DNA from: Candidatus Woesearchaeota archaeon
GTDB lineage: Archaea > Nanobdellota > Nanobdellia > UBA10117
Length of the DNA: 64,000 bases
Direction: 5' to 3'
NCBI GenBank assembly: GCA_964354105.1
Contig: CAYGXM010000003.1
Coordinates: 789 to 64,788 of the forward strand
Positions 36,570-45,510 of the stretch are shown piece after piece. Position 1 is the first letter of the stretch. Every line of letters begins with the position of its first letter. The notes beneath the pieces are model-generated. The model was not told the DNA's origin and searched no databases. It saw nothing but the letters and a program-made list of their open reading frames with translations. The translations under genes and the position numbers were made by a program.

Positions 36570-36833
36570 ATGTCAGTTGATGCAATAATCAAAGCACAAA
36601 AGGAAAAGAAACTAATAATCGGCATGAACGTGTGCCTCAAGGCACTAAAATTAGGCAAAACCAATGATGTTTTCATAACAAAAACCTGTTCTGATGTAAT
36701 GAAAAGACAATTAAAAGGAGCAGCAGAGCTGGCAAGAGCCAAACTCACAGAACTAACACAAACAAGTGAAGAGCTTTCAGCATTATTAAAGAGGCCGTTT
36801 ACAATTACTGTGGCTGCAATAGCGAACAAATAA
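36570..36833 (+). CDS. rpl30e: ribosomal protein eL30 (L30e/L7Ae-fold family)
   Basis: 87 aa. The pattern KLIIGMNVCLKALKLGKTNDVFI...SEELSALLKRPFTITVAAI fits L30e, as does the canonical position after rpoA''. Confidence 0.75.
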   Translation: MSVDAIIKAQKEKKLIIGMNVCLKALKLGKTNDVFITKTCSDVMKRQLKGAAELARAKLTELTQTSEELSALLKRPFTITVAAIANK

Positions 36834-36871
36834 TTCGCAAGTCTTTTATTCTTAACTAATTGTTAAACATT

Positions 36872-37318
36872 ATGCAATACGAAATTTGGTTGGATTTTGT
36901 AAATTATAGAACTTATACAGGAAATATAGACAAAGAACTAACAAATTTTATATTCAATGCTCGTGTCGATGATAGTTGTCCTGAGATACCAAAAGAATGG
37001 GAAAATAAATTGCTCCCTTTTCCGCACGATGAATACGGTTTAGTCTTGTGCGACATTGGTGGTAAGAAATATAGTTCTGAAGAAGTCCAAAAATACAACC
37101 TCAAAGACAAAAGTCTTAAAGAAGGGCCTTTCCGAATCTTTTGGAAATTTGAATTACCGTCCGATAAAGTGGCAAAGAAGACTGCAGAATTCATGATTAA
37201 AAAGAGCCAGGAATATATGAAAACAGAACCTAAACCGCTAACTAGCAGGAAGAAATTTACTGATAATAAGGAAATACCAATTGAGATTTACAGATTAGAA
37301 AAGATATTGGTACCTTAG
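36872..37318 (+). CDS. hypothetical protein occupying the position where archaeal nusA is normally found (148 aa)
   Basis: The ORF-track start 36860 is TTG; ATG is at 36872. No KH-domain GxxG pattern of the IGKGG type was seen. No motif recognised. Confidence 0.5.
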   Translation: MQYEIWLDFVNYRTYTGNIDKELTNFIFNARVDDSCPEIPKEWENKLLPFPHDEYGLVLCDIGGKKYSSEEVQKYNLKDKSLKEGPFRIFWKFELPSDKVAKKTAEFMIKKSQEYMKTEPKPLTSRKKFTDNKEIPIEIYRLEKILVP

Positions 37319-37361
37319 ATAACCTTTATAAATCATATTCTGGAGGCTAATTCAACTAAAT

Positions 37362-37802
37362 ATGGGTAAAAAAGGAAGAGGATTATTTGCGGGAAAACAA
37401 GTTCGAAATAGAAGAAAGAATGCCCGCTGGCATAACAAGTGGTTTGTCAAGCGAGCTCTGCGGTTAAAAGAGAAGGTTGATCCTTTAGAAGCTGCTCCAC
37501 AAGCAAGAGGAATTGTTCTGGAAAAGAGGCAATTGGAAGCAAAGCAGCCTAATTCTGCTATGAGAAAGGCAGTCCGCGTTCAATTAACAAAGAACAACAA
37601 GCAGATTACAGCATTTTGCCCTGGAAATCACGCAATTACTTTCATCAATGAGCATGACGAAGTTTTAGTTGATGGAATAGGCGGCCGAATGGGCAAATCC
37701 AAAGGCGATATTCCCGAAGTTAAATGGAAAGTCATATCTGTAAACAACCAGCCACTAAAATGGCTGTGCAAAGGCAAGATAGAGAAGACTGCAGGCAGGT
37801 AA
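37362..37802 (+). CDS. rps12: ribosomal protein uS12
   Basis: [28 protein letters not shown] and [17 protein letters not shown] are typical of S12. A TATA-like AACCTTTATAAATC and GGAGG lie upstream. Confidence 0.92.
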   Translation: MGKKGRGLFAGKQVRNRRKNARWHNKWFVKRALRLKEKVDPLEAAPQARGIVLEKRQLEAKQPNSAMRKAVRVQLTKNNKQITAFCPGNHAITFINEHDEVLVDGIGGRMGKSKGDIPEVKWKVISVNNQPLKWLCKGKIEKTAGR

Positions 37803-38560
37803 TGGTAGAAGAAAAAATCGAAGAGGCAAAAGAAGAAATTGAAACTCAACCTAAAGTCATTTCGGAAGAGCAAGCTGAAATTAAAGAAACTCCCATTAAG
37901 CCAAAGAGGGTTAGAAAACCAAAGGAAAAGAAAAAAGAGGAAGTAAGACCTCTTCCAAATTACAGAGCAAACATAAAACTTTTCGGCAAGTGGGCAACAA
38001 ATGTTGAAGTCAGAGATGCCGGCTTAAAGCCGTATTTGAATTTGACTGCAGTTTATGTCCCTTATTCTGCTGGCAGGGCAATTAAAAAACAGTTCTGGAA
38101 ATCGAAGAAATCAATTGTTGAAAGGCTCGCTTTAAAATTAATGGTCACAGGCCACAAAGGAAAGAAACACTATTGGACTTCAAACGTGAACACTGGAAAA
38201 GGTTCAACACAATATAAAGTCATAATAAAAGCCTTTGAAATTATAGAGAAAAAGACAGGCAAAAATCCAATTGAAGTTCTAGTCAAGGCAATCGAAGCAG
38301 GCACGCCAAGGGAAGGCATTGCAACTATTGAATATGGCGGTGTTCGTTATCCAAAAGCAGCTGACCTGGCCCCGCAAAGAAGAATTGATTTAGTTTTAAG
38401 ATGGATTATCCAGGGCGCATTCTTGGCTTCATTAAAAGGGAAAAATCACATTCAAGATACATTAGCAAATGAAATAATCGCAACAGCAGCAGGCGATGCC
38501 AAAGCAACAGCAATGAGCAAGAGAACAGACCTGGAAAGGCAGGCTGCAGCTAGCAGGTAA
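37802..38560 (+). CDS. rps7: ribosomal protein uS7 with a K/E-rich N-terminal extension
   Basis: The ORF track starts at 37724, inside rps12. ATG 37802 overlaps the rps12 stop (TAATG). The conserved S7 core runs from LFGKWATNVEVRDAGLKPYLNL onward, so about 56 charged residues precede it. Confidence 0.88.
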   Translation: MVEEKIEEAKEEIETQPKVISEEQAEIKETPIKPKRVRKPKEKKKEEVRPLPNYRANIKLFGKWATNVEVRDAGLKPYLNLTAVYVPYSAGRAIKKQFWKSKKSIVERLALKLMVTGHKGKKHYWTSNVNTGKGSTQYKVIIKAFEIIEKKTGKNPIEVLVKAIEAGTPREGIATIEYGGVRYPKAADLAPQRRIDLVLRWIIQGAFLASLKGKNHIQDTLANEIIATAAGDAKATAMSKRTDLERQAAASR

Positions 38561-38565
38561 ATGAA

Positions 38566-38790
38566 ATGGAAAACGAAACTGAAGCAAATAAAAAAACGTA
38601 CAAGCCTGGAAATGAGACTTATGAAATTACATATAGTTCTCCACTCTTAAGACCTGGCGTTCAAATTAAAACTCAAGTAAGCGGAAGATATCTTGTTAAG
38701 ACAATGCATTATATGATGCAAGAAGCCAGAAAATTCAATAAAGAACAAGAAGGGCAAGGCGAATTGGAGAAGAAATTGAAAAATGGTTGA
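38566..38790 (+). CDS. small hypothetical protein (74 aa)
   Basis: ATG-started ORF between rps7 and rps6e, overlapping rps6e by 8 nt. No motif recognised. Confidence 0.4.
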   Translation: MENETEANKKTYKPGNETYEITYSSPLLRPGVQIKTQVSGRYLVKTMHYMMQEARKFNKEQEGQGELEKKLKNG

Positions 38791-39223
38791 ATTCAAAATA
38801 GTAATAGGAGATTCAAAAACTAAGAGGGCGTTCAAGTCAGAGCTCAAGAGCCCTGATGCTGAACAATTACTGGGAAAGAAGATAGGGGAAACTTTCCGTG
38901 GAGAACTGATTAATCTGCCCGGCTTTGAATTTACAATAACAGGCGGAAGCGATAAGGCAGGCTTTCCATTGTACCCAGATTTAGAAGGCCAGGGAAAACG
39001 CCGATTACTGCTGGAAAAAGGCGACGTTGGCTTTAATGAGCCAAAGAAATTCAAGGGTGTCCGTGTCAGGAAACTAGTCAGAGGCAACACAATTGCAAAT
39101 GACACTGCGCAAATAAACTGCAAGATAACAAAATGGGCTGAAGGTATTGATTTGATGAAGCACTTCAATGTCATAGAGAAGCCAAAGGCAGAAAAACCAG
39201 CTGAAGCAGTTCCTGCAGCTTAA
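38783..39223 (+). CDS. rps6e: ribosomal protein eS6
   Basis: MVEFKIVIGDSKTKRAFKSEL...FEFTITGGSDKAGFPLYPDLEGQGKRRLLL matches the S6e pattern. Confidence 0.88.
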   Translation: MVEFKIVIGDSKTKRAFKSELKSPDAEQLLGKKIGETFRGELINLPGFEFTITGGSDKAGFPLYPDLEGQGKRRLLLEKGDVGFNEPKKFKGVRVRKLVRGNTIANDTAQINCKITKWAEGIDLMKHFNVIEKPKAEKPAEAVPAA

Positions 39224-39252
39224 TTTTTAAACTCTAATTTATTTCTAAGTCT

Positions 39253-40029
39253 ATGAAACTAATTGTTATTGCCAAGGGGAACACCGCATCAGCCAACATA
39301 GGGAAAATCCTCAAAGAGAAATACCCTAAAATTGCAGGAGCAGAGTATTTTAAAATTGAAGACAATGTTCTTGATTTAGATAAATACGAAAAAGAGCTGC
39401 AAAAGAAAAAGCCAGAGCTGATTATTGTTGCATCTTCGCATAGGTCCGAGGCAGGCGTTCCTATGCTGAATGCTCATGCTACTGGTAATTGGAGTTCTGA
39501 TAATAGTTATGGCGGTAAGCAAAGGACATTATCGATAGCACCTGCTCTTTACATAGCTTCAGCAATTAAGGCATTGAAGGATAAAAAAGAACAATTAAAA
39601 CTGAATTATGAAGTCGGCTTGGAAGTCACGCATCACAGTCCAACAAGTCCTTTTCCAGTGATATTTGTTGAAGTAGGCTCTTCTGAAGAGCAATGGACAG
39701 ATATGAAAGCCTGCGAAGCTGTTGCAGATGTTATCGCAAAGATTGCAACAAGCGAGCCTGAAAAGCTTGATGTCTGCATTGGCTTTGGCGGCCCGCACTA
39801 TGCACCGCAGTTTACAAGGCGCGTTCTGGCTGGGAAATATGCAACAGGCCATATCTGCCCGAAGCATCATATTGATTCGCTAACTGAAGAAATGATATTG
39901 CAGGCATTTGAAAAGACAATTCCAAAGCCATCCTTCGCCGTTATAGAGTGGAAAGGCCTCAAAGGTGGGCAAAGGAACAGAATTATTGAGATCTTAGAGA
40001 AAAATAAGATTAGTTGGGAGAAAATCTAA
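39253..40029 (+). CDS. dtdA: D-aminoacyl-tRNA deacylase, archaeal type (DtdA)
   Basis: IVASSHRSEAG, LEVTHHSPT and IFVEVGSSEEQW match the conserved DtdA (DTD2) motifs. The length is 258 aa. Confidence 0.8.
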   Translation: MKLIVIAKGNTASANIGKILKEKYPKIAGAEYFKIEDNVLDLDKYEKELQKKKPELIIVASSHRSEAGVPMLNAHATGNWSSDNSYGGKQRTLSIAPALYIASAIKALKDKKEQLKLNYEVGLEVTHHSPTSPFPVIFVEVGSSEEQWTDMKACEAVADVIAKIATSEPEKLDVCIGFGGPHYAPQFTRRVLAGKYATGHICPKHHIDSLTEEMILQAFEKTIPKPSFAVIEWKGLKGGQRNRIIEILEKNKISWEKI

Positions 40030-40470
40030 TCAGTCTAAATAATAAACAGTTATTTCTTTCTTTTCAACGCTATCTGCCGCCTTTTCTAAATTTTTGTGTA
40101 AGCTTTCGTCAAATTCTTTTTTGAAGTAAAGAAACATATTGGCGCGCAATACGTTTGTAGAGCTATAGTTGATTGGTTTTGGTACACGCTCTGCCTTTAC
40201 TGCAGAAACGCGACTATCTGAGGGACTATCATAAAGAAATGGTTTAAATAAATCATATAGAAAATTTTGCAATCCATCTGGAGTATGTGGTACTTCTATA
40301 GCTTGATTGTCGCCACTAAACATGGCATCGTAAACCATTAATGTCCAGTCGTGCGCTTTATCGTAAACATATGCTGAATTTAGTGAAGGCCCAGCATCAT
40401 TAAGGGCTTCAAATGCATCGTCTAAGGTCTTTATTTTGGTTATTTTGCCTTCCCTTGCTACAACTTCCAT
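40030..40470 (-). CDS. hypothetical protein (146 aa)
   Basis: ATG-started ORF convergent with dtdA. No motif recognised. Confidence 0.5.
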   Translation of the reverse strand: MEVVAREGKITKIKTLDDAFEALNDAGPSLNSAYVYDKAHDWTLMVYDAMFSGDNQAIEVPHTPDGLQNFLYDLFKPFLYDSPSDSRVSAVKAERVPKPINYSSTNVLRANMFLYFKKEFDESLHKNLEKAADSVEKKEITVYYLD

Positions 40471-40557
40471 AATACAATTAGCATAGTTAGTTTTTTAAAA
40501 TAATCGCTGGAGAAAATTTAAATAAAAGAAAACAAAATAAAAAATAAAAAAGGGAAT

Positions 40558-40725
40558 TTATCTTCCCTTTCCAGTTGTCTTAAAGTAACCGCCTATTATT
40601 GTTAGCAATGCTAGTATTGCTACTGCACCCGCAAGGTTCATTCCGAGTCCTTCCTTCCAGGAGAACCAAAGTGCAACTAGGCCACCGATCACTTTTATCC
40701 ATCCCCAAGTTTTCGTGTCTGCCAT
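40558..40725 (-). CDS. small two-helix membrane protein (55 aa)
   Basis: Hand-translated: MADTKTWGWIKVIGGLVALWFSWKEGLGMNLAGAVAILALLTIIGGYFKTTGKGR, ending in TAA. It is below the ORF-track cutoff. Confidence 0.4.
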   Translation of the reverse strand: MADTKTWGWIKVIGGLVALWFSWKEGLGMNLAGAVAILALLTIIGGYFKTTGKGR

Positions 40726-40793
40726 GTTTCTCACATTAAATAGTCGGAAAAATAATTAATAAAGGCTAGTTACTATTAGTAGATGAAGGAAAC

Positions 40794-41840
40794 ATGCCAA
40801 AAGTAAAAACAGTGCAAATCAATGAAGGTTCGGCCAAATTAAACATACCAGACCCTAAAAAATACAAGCTTGATGCCAAGTCTCCAGCCTTCTACAACCC
40901 TACAATGATATCCAACAGGGATATCTCTATATTACTCCTGAAAGTTTTTTTCGGAAACAAGAAGTTTAATGCTTTGGATCTGTTGTCAGCAACAGGTGCG
41001 CGCGCAATTAGAATCAAAAAAGAGATTCCACAGTCAGTAGTGTGGGCAAATGACGCAAAAGAGTCTGCATTTGCCTTGATTAAAGAAAATGCAAAGCTGA
41101 ACAAACTAAAAATCAAAATTACAAACGAGTTTGCCAATAAACTCTTAGGAAATTCCCCAAAGTTTGACTACATCGATTTAGATCCTTTTGGAACTCCTGT
41201 TCCATTTCTTGATGCAGTTGTGCAGAAATTAAATCCAAATGGCATTCTTGCTGTAACAGCAACAGATACCACAGTATTATGCGGAGCAGAATACAAAGCT
41301 TGCGTGAGAAGATACAAGGCAAAACCTCTGCATAATTATCTTATGCATGAAGTTGGCGTTAGAATCCTGACAAAATATGTTATTGAAACAGGATTAAAGT
41401 ATGGACTATCCCTCAAGCCCGTCTTCTCGCAGTCAACGAGGCATTACATGCGGATCTATTTCAAGGCAGTGAAAGACAAACCAATCAAGAGAGATATCAA
41501 AGTGTGGAAATCGGCAGGGCCTATGTGGCTTGGCTCTCTTTGGGATGTTGATTTAGTGGAAAAGATGTTGAATCTGTCAAGGTCTTTATCGCCAAAAACC
41601 ATCTCGCGGGAAACTGTAAACTTACTTTACAAGATATCTGAAGAAGCAAAGGTTCCAATAGTTGGCTTTTTTGATTTGGCTGAAATGAAGCTAAAGCAGG
41701 TCCCAAAACTATTTGATGTTATCTCAAAACTGCAGGAAAAAGGCTATTTTGCAGCAAGAACACATTTCAGCCCAACTGGAATTAAAACAAATGCAAAACA
41801 AACAGAATTTTTAAAAATTTTAAGAAGCCTGACCGGCTAA
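40794..41840 (+). CDS. trm1: tRNA (guanine26-N2)-dimethyltransferase Trm1
   Basis: FYNPTMISNRDISILLL and ALDLLSATGARAIRIKKE (SAM-binding region), with the length, fit the TRM1 family. Confidence 0.85.
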   Translation: MPKVKTVQINEGSAKLNIPDPKKYKLDAKSPAFYNPTMISNRDISILLLKVFFGNKKFNALDLLSATGARAIRIKKEIPQSVVWANDAKESAFALIKENAKLNKLKIKITNEFANKLLGNSPKFDYIDLDPFGTPVPFLDAVVQKLNPNGILAVTATDTTVLCGAEYKACVRRYKAKPLHNYLMHEVGVRILTKYVIETGLKYGLSLKPVFSQSTRHYMRIYFKAVKDKPIKRDIKVWKSAGPMWLGSLWDVDLVEKMLNLSRSLSPKTISRETVNLLYKISEEAKVPIVGFFDLAEMKLKQVPKLFDVISKLQEKGYFAARTHFSPTGIKTNAKQTEFLKILRSLTG

Positions 41841-42122
41841 GCGTTTTTCTAAGCCGAATTCTATTTCAAATCTCTTTACAAGATTATCAACCTTCATCTG
41901 AGCTTTGTAAAAATCTGATGTCTGGGCTTCGTAATCAATCTTTTTGACATCATCTATTAATTGTAAAGCTCTTTTCTTGTAGGCAGGAGTCATTTTTGAA
42001 AGATAAACGTTGTAATATAATCCTATTTTTTTGAGTTCAGTTTCTTCTTCAGGAGCAAAGCTGACTAACTTTGTCAGGTGCAGTGTTCTTCCCAAGTATG
42101 CGAAAATATGTGGTAATGCCAT
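41820..42122 (-). CDS. hypothetical protein (100 aa; longer starts 42143/42179 possible)
   Basis: The ORF-track start 42179 is TTG. ATG 42122 lies 1 nt after the upstream stop (TAAAATG junction, as at several other gene pairs). The 3' end overlaps the trm1 3' end by 21 nt. Confidence 0.45.
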   Translation of the reverse strand: MALPHIFAYLGRTLHLTKLVSFAPEEETELKKIGLYYNVYLSKMTPAYKKRALQLIDDVKKIDYEAQTSDFYKAQMKVDNLVKRFEIEFGLEKRLAGQAS

Positions 42123-42123
42123 T

Positions 42124-42375
42124 TTAACAATTAGCTTCTTCATAGTTATTAATATTATTGTAAGATTGTTTCTTGCCAATCTGGTGTATCACGATAAACA
42201 CAGAGTAATCTTCATTTGGCATTCTTTGCAAGTTTACGGAAGTTTCCTTTAGAGCTTCTCGTGTTGCCTCATCAAATGTGAAAGCTTCACCCGATTCAAT
42301 CATTTCCCTTAGGCCAGGCCGTTCTCTAAAAGATTTTTCAACATTTTTTGTTTTTAATACGCATTGCCAAACCAT
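42124..42375 (-). CDS. hypothetical protein (83 aa)
   Basis: ATG-started ORF downstream of tfb on the same strand. No motif recognised. Confidence 0.45.
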   Translation of the reverse strand: MVWQCVLKTKNVEKSFRERPGLREMIESGEAFTFDEATREALKETSVNLQRMPNEDYSVFIVIHQIGKKQSYNNINNYEEANC

Positions 42376-42385
42376 TTTAGAATCC

Positions 42386-43288
42386 TTAATCGTCTTCAGG
42401 CATCTTTAAGCCTAATTTCTCTATGATTTCCTTGTATCTGTTTCTGATTGTAACTTCTGTGACGCCAACAGCATCAGCTATTTCTCTTTGTGTCCTTTTC
42501 TCTCCTGTTAATAGTGATGCTACATACAAAGCTGCAGCACTTAATCCGATTGGACCCCTTCCAGATGTCAGCTCCAGGTTTTGTGCTTTCTTCAGGATTT
42601 CAACTGCTTTTGTCTGTGTAGCTCCGCTAAAGTTTAATTTGTTTGCAAATTTAGGTATGTAGTCAACAGGACCAGATGGCAATAGCTTTATGCCTAATGA
42701 TCTTGCTATGAATCTGTATGTCTTGCCAACGTCTCTTTTATTAGCACCTGTAATCTTGCAGATTTCACTTAAACTTCTTGGCAAATTAAAACGTCTTGAA
42801 GCTATGTAAATAGCTCCAACAACTACTGATTCCATGCTTCTGCCTCGTACAAGGGTCTTTCTGACAGCCAGATTGTAAATTCTTGCAGATTCCTCTTCAA
42901 TTGAAGGTGGAAGGTTCAGCATAGATGCTACTCTTTTCAGCTCGACTAATGCATATCTCAAATTTCGCTCAAGAGAAGTTGATGCTCTGTTTTGCCATTC
43001 TCTCAATCTCAAAAATCGTCTTCGCTGCGCACCAGGTAAATTATAAATCTCAGAACCACTTCCTATAGTTGTTCCTGTACCCATATCTGCTTTTGTGAAT
43101 GTAGCAGGAGCACCAGCCCTTCGATGGTCTTCACCATCTTCTGAAAACTCGCGCCATTCAGGACTTGTATCAACAATATTTTCGTCAATAACAGTTCCAC
43201 AGCTTCGGCAATGGATTTCGCCGTGCTTCTCATCAATTGTCAAGTTAATTGAATTGCATTCCGGACATCTTTTAACAAATTCAGGCAT
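42386..43288 (-). CDS. tfb: transcription initiation factor IIB (TFB)
   Basis: It has an N-terminal Zn ribbon CPECNS...CRSCG, a B-finger region and two cyclin repeats (SVVVGAIYIASRRFNLPRSLSEI and LSAAALYVASLLTGEKRTQREIADAVGVTEVTIRNRYKEI). Confidence 0.92.
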   Translation of the reverse strand: MPEFVKRCPECNSINLTIDEKHGEIHCRSCGTVIDENIVDTSPEWREFSEDGEDHRRAGAPATFTKADMGTGTTIGSGSEIYNLPGAQRRRFLRLREWQNRASTSLERNLRYALVELKRVASMLNLPPSIEEESARIYNLAVRKTLVRGRSMESVVVGAIYIASRRFNLPRSLSEICKITGANKRDVGKTYRFIARSLGIKLLPSGPVDYIPKFANKLNFSGATQTKAVEILKKAQNLELTSGRGPIGLSAAALYVASLLTGEKRTQREIADAVGVTEVTIRNRYKEIIEKLGLKMPEDD

Positions 43289-43289
43289 T

Positions 43290-43814
43290 TTACAAACTCT
43301 CCTTACCTAATTTTGAACCGGGAGGTAAAGGTAATTCACTCTCACCTAAATGAGAACCTGCACGTTTAGGCAGCTCAGATTTACCGAGATACGAAGTTTG
43401 GGCTTCAGATTTTTGGATTACGTATGGTTTAAGGATGCCATACAGTTTTCGTATTTGTTCTTCTGTGCATATGCTAGCATTGACACCAATGATTTTCGAG
43501 TCATCTAATGCAAAATAAATGCCAAAATCATCTTCACGAGGCTCGAATGATATAACAGTGCTCTCAGGAACGTATTTCATATCATGGCTTCGCAAAGCTT
43601 GCATGTCTTCCAGTAAAGATTGATAATGAATATGTGTGGAGTCTGTTTGAATTCGGCCTTCACCAGTAGATAGGCATTCATCGTATATTCTGCCTGGCAG
43701 AATTACCTTAAGGCCTTCCCTAACGTCTTTTGCAAGATTAACCAAGTTGGCATCTTGCTTTAGAACATAATCTTCCAAATTAACAGGTTCAGTTTTAGTT
43801 TTGTTTTTGGGCAT
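43290..43814 (-). CDS. hypothetical protein (174 aa)
   Basis: The ORF-track start 43826 is GTG; ATG is at 43814. The stop lies 1 nt before the tfb ATG (TAAAATG). No motif recognised. Confidence 0.5.
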   Translation of the reverse strand: MPKNKTKTEPVNLEDYVLKQDANLVNLAKDVREGLKVILPGRIYDECLSTGEGRIQTDSTHIHYQSLLEDMQALRSHDMKYVPESTVISFEPREDDFGIYFALDDSKIIGVNASICTEEQIRKLYGILKPYVIQKSEAQTSYLGKSELPKRAGSHLGESELPLPPGSKLGKESL

Positions 43815-43935
43815 TTTCACAAGCACCTCGCTCGCATGTGATTTTCACTATTCAGTCCCATTTATTGCCTTTATAAGCATTGCGCTGTATTTATATATAA
43901 AACCTATAATTGCTTTAAAAGACTTTCGATTAGGC

Positions 43936-44319
43936 TTATTTTGCTTTAATCAAAACAGCATTTACCATGCCGTCTCTTGATGGCCTCGATGTTACTTTAG
44001 CCATGCCATCTTCTGTTTCAATTATTGCTCCTTTTGTCATGACGTTCATTCTAGCAAAATTCCTGTTTGCAGGGTTCTCCTTTACCAGTTTGATTTTGGA
44101 TTTTTTGAAAGTAGTTCCTATCTGCAAATTAGCAATATCTGCAGTGATTATTTTTGTGGCTGTATGGCCACCCCTGATTCGTCTTTCCCTTTTTACAAGC
44201 TTGCCAACTTTAGTTAAGGTCGCATCTGAGCCCATTTCAGAAAGTCTTTTCTTTCTAGCAGGCCAGAACTTTCCGCCAGTTGGCTTTTGTCCGTGCTTTG
44301 CAGATTTCCAGTTTGTCAT
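43936..44319 (-). CDS. rps8e: ribosomal protein eS8
   Basis: WKSAKHGQKPTGGKFWPARKKRLSEMG... matches the S8e N-terminal pattern. The ORF-track start 44379 is TTG; ATG 44319 gives the typical length of about 127 aa. Confidence 0.8.
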   Translation of the reverse strand: MTNWKSAKHGQKPTGGKFWPARKKRLSEMGSDATLTKVGKLVKRERRIRGGHTATKIITADIANLQIGTTFKKSKIKLVKENPANRNFARMNVMTKGAIIETEDGMAKVTSRPSRDGMVNAVLIKAK

Positions 44320-44485
44320 TCTGAAGTTGAGTTCCTGAAGTTGATTTTTAAACCTTCCGTAGACAGTGGAAGCTCTCAAGGTCCGTAAAACTTTCTCAAG
44401 AGCAGCGAAGCCTGGTGTTTGCAGATTCCCCTCGTTTACTTTTAACTGAAAAAGCTTTTATATGTCAAATCTAAGCTATTTTGCA

Positions 44486-44722
44486 ATGGAAAATAGCTTT
44501 GAAAGACCTCTGGATTTGCTTAATGAAGCCCGGGGCAAAAGAGTTTTAGTGGAAACTAAAGCAAAAAAACAGATTATGGGCATCTTGAAGGCATTCGATA
44601 TACACATAAACATAGTGCTTGCAGATGCTGAAGAGCGTGATGAACAAGGCCAAGTTGCAAGGAAGATAGGGAATGTCTTCATCCGCGGAGACATGATCGT
44701 TTTGGTAGCTCCTTCTCCGTGA
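44486..44722 (+). CDS. Sm-like archaeal protein (SmAP/LSm)
   Basis: The Sm1/Sm2 pattern reads PLDLLNEARGKRVLVETKAKKQIMGILKAFDIHINIVLADAEE...IGNVFIRGDMIVLV. ATG 44486 lies about 27 nt downstream of AAAGCTTTTATATG, which suggests a leaderless mRNA. The ORF-track ATG 44462 lies inside that TATA-like box. Confidence 0.8.
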   Translation: MENSFERPLDLLNEARGKRVLVETKAKKQIMGILKAFDIHINIVLADAEERDEQGQVARKIGNVFIRGDMIVLVAPSP

Positions 44723-44805
44723 TCTTTTGGCTTGAGAATCTGCTTGGAAATCTGAGATTGCAGCCTAGTGTAAAGGCTTAAAAACCTAGTTTAAAGGAGC
44801 GAATT

Positions 44806-45066
44806 ATGGTAGTGATAGAAGCTCAATATGGCATTTGTGCAGTACCAGGAAAAGACTTCGAAGTTTATACATCTTTAAAGCATAAAGTGGATGCTGGAAT
44901 CAAATATGTTGTTCCATATTCAGCAGGCTTTACCATACTCGTAGCAGTAAGCGCTTTGGACCAAGTTGGTATTGATATGTTAGAAAAAAAGTTAAAAGAG
45001 GACGCGCGAATTGCAGTAGTGAAAAGGCTTGATTGCACACCCCAAGAAACAACTAAGGGTAAATAA
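44806..45066 (+). CDS. small protein, possibly a stand-alone Lrp/AsnC-type ligand-binding (RAM-like) domain
   Basis: 86 aa. A beta-alpha-beta-like pattern resembles that of the next gene. The ATG is preceded by AAAGGAG. Confidence 0.4.
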   Translation: MVVIEAQYGICAVPGKDFEVYTSLKHKVDAGIKYVVPYSAGFTILVAVSALDQVGIDMLEKKLKEDARIAVVKRLDCTPQETTKGK

Positions 45067-45067
45067 A

Positions 45068-45325
45068 ATGGAACAAAGATACTTTTTGATACAAACAGCA
45101 CCGAAAAAAGAAGGCGAAGTATATAGTGCATTAATTGCAAAGCCTTGCATTTTAGAAGCCCATCTGATAAAGGGTGAATATGACATTATTGCTAAAGGCC
45201 AAGCAGAAAATAATCCTATCGCCATGCACGATTTAGAGATTAGTATAAGAAGTGTACCTGGCGTTATCGGTACAAAAGATTTAGGTGAGATAGTGAAGTC
45301 ATCTGTTAAAGCTGGAGGTAACTAA
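45068..45325 (+). CDS. stand-alone Lrp/AsnC-type ligand-binding (RAM-like) domain protein
   Basis: MEQRYFLIQTAPKKEGEVYSALIAKPCILEAHLIKGEYDIIAKGQAEN...IRSVPGVIGTKDL fits the AsnC C-terminal domain pattern. The ORF-track start 45029 lies inside the previous gene. Confidence 0.5.
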   Translation: MEQRYFLIQTAPKKEGEVYSALIAKPCILEAHLIKGEYDIIAKGQAENNPIAMHDLEISIRSVPGVIGTKDLGEIVKSSVKAGGN

Positions 45326-45327
45326 AA

Positions 45328-45510
45328 ATGGCAAAAGGAACACCTGCGCACGGAAGGAAAACTGGAAAGAAAACACATCTCAGATGCAGGAGATGCGGCA
45401 AACACACCTATCACTATCAAAAGAAAAGATGCAGTTCTTGCGGCTTTCCTGACAAAAAACTGCGAAAGTATCATTGGGCAGTTAGATGGTTTGGGAAAAG
45501 AAGAAAGTAA
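45328..45510 (+). CDS. rpl37e: ribosomal protein eL37
   Basis: MAKGTPAHGRKTGKKTHLRCRRCGKHTYHYQKKRCSSCGFP contains the L37e Zn-ribbon pattern. Confidence 0.9.
   Translation: MAKGTPAHGRKTGKKTHLRCRRCGKHTYHYQKKRCSSCGFPDKKLRKYHWAVRWFGKRRK

Noticed and set aside
36872-37318. Possibility that the DIGGKK segment marks a KH-domain GxxG loop, making this a divergent NusA
   Set aside because: There is a single weak match without the surrounding beta-alpha-alpha-beta pattern or a second KH repeat. The gene is kept as an orphan, and the question is recorded as a finding to be tested by structure prediction.
37724-37801. ORF-track start of the uS7 gene inside rps12
   Set aside because: The 26 extra residues overlap the rps12 coding region in another frame. 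ATG 37802 overlaps the rps12 stop in the usual TAATG coupling arrangement.
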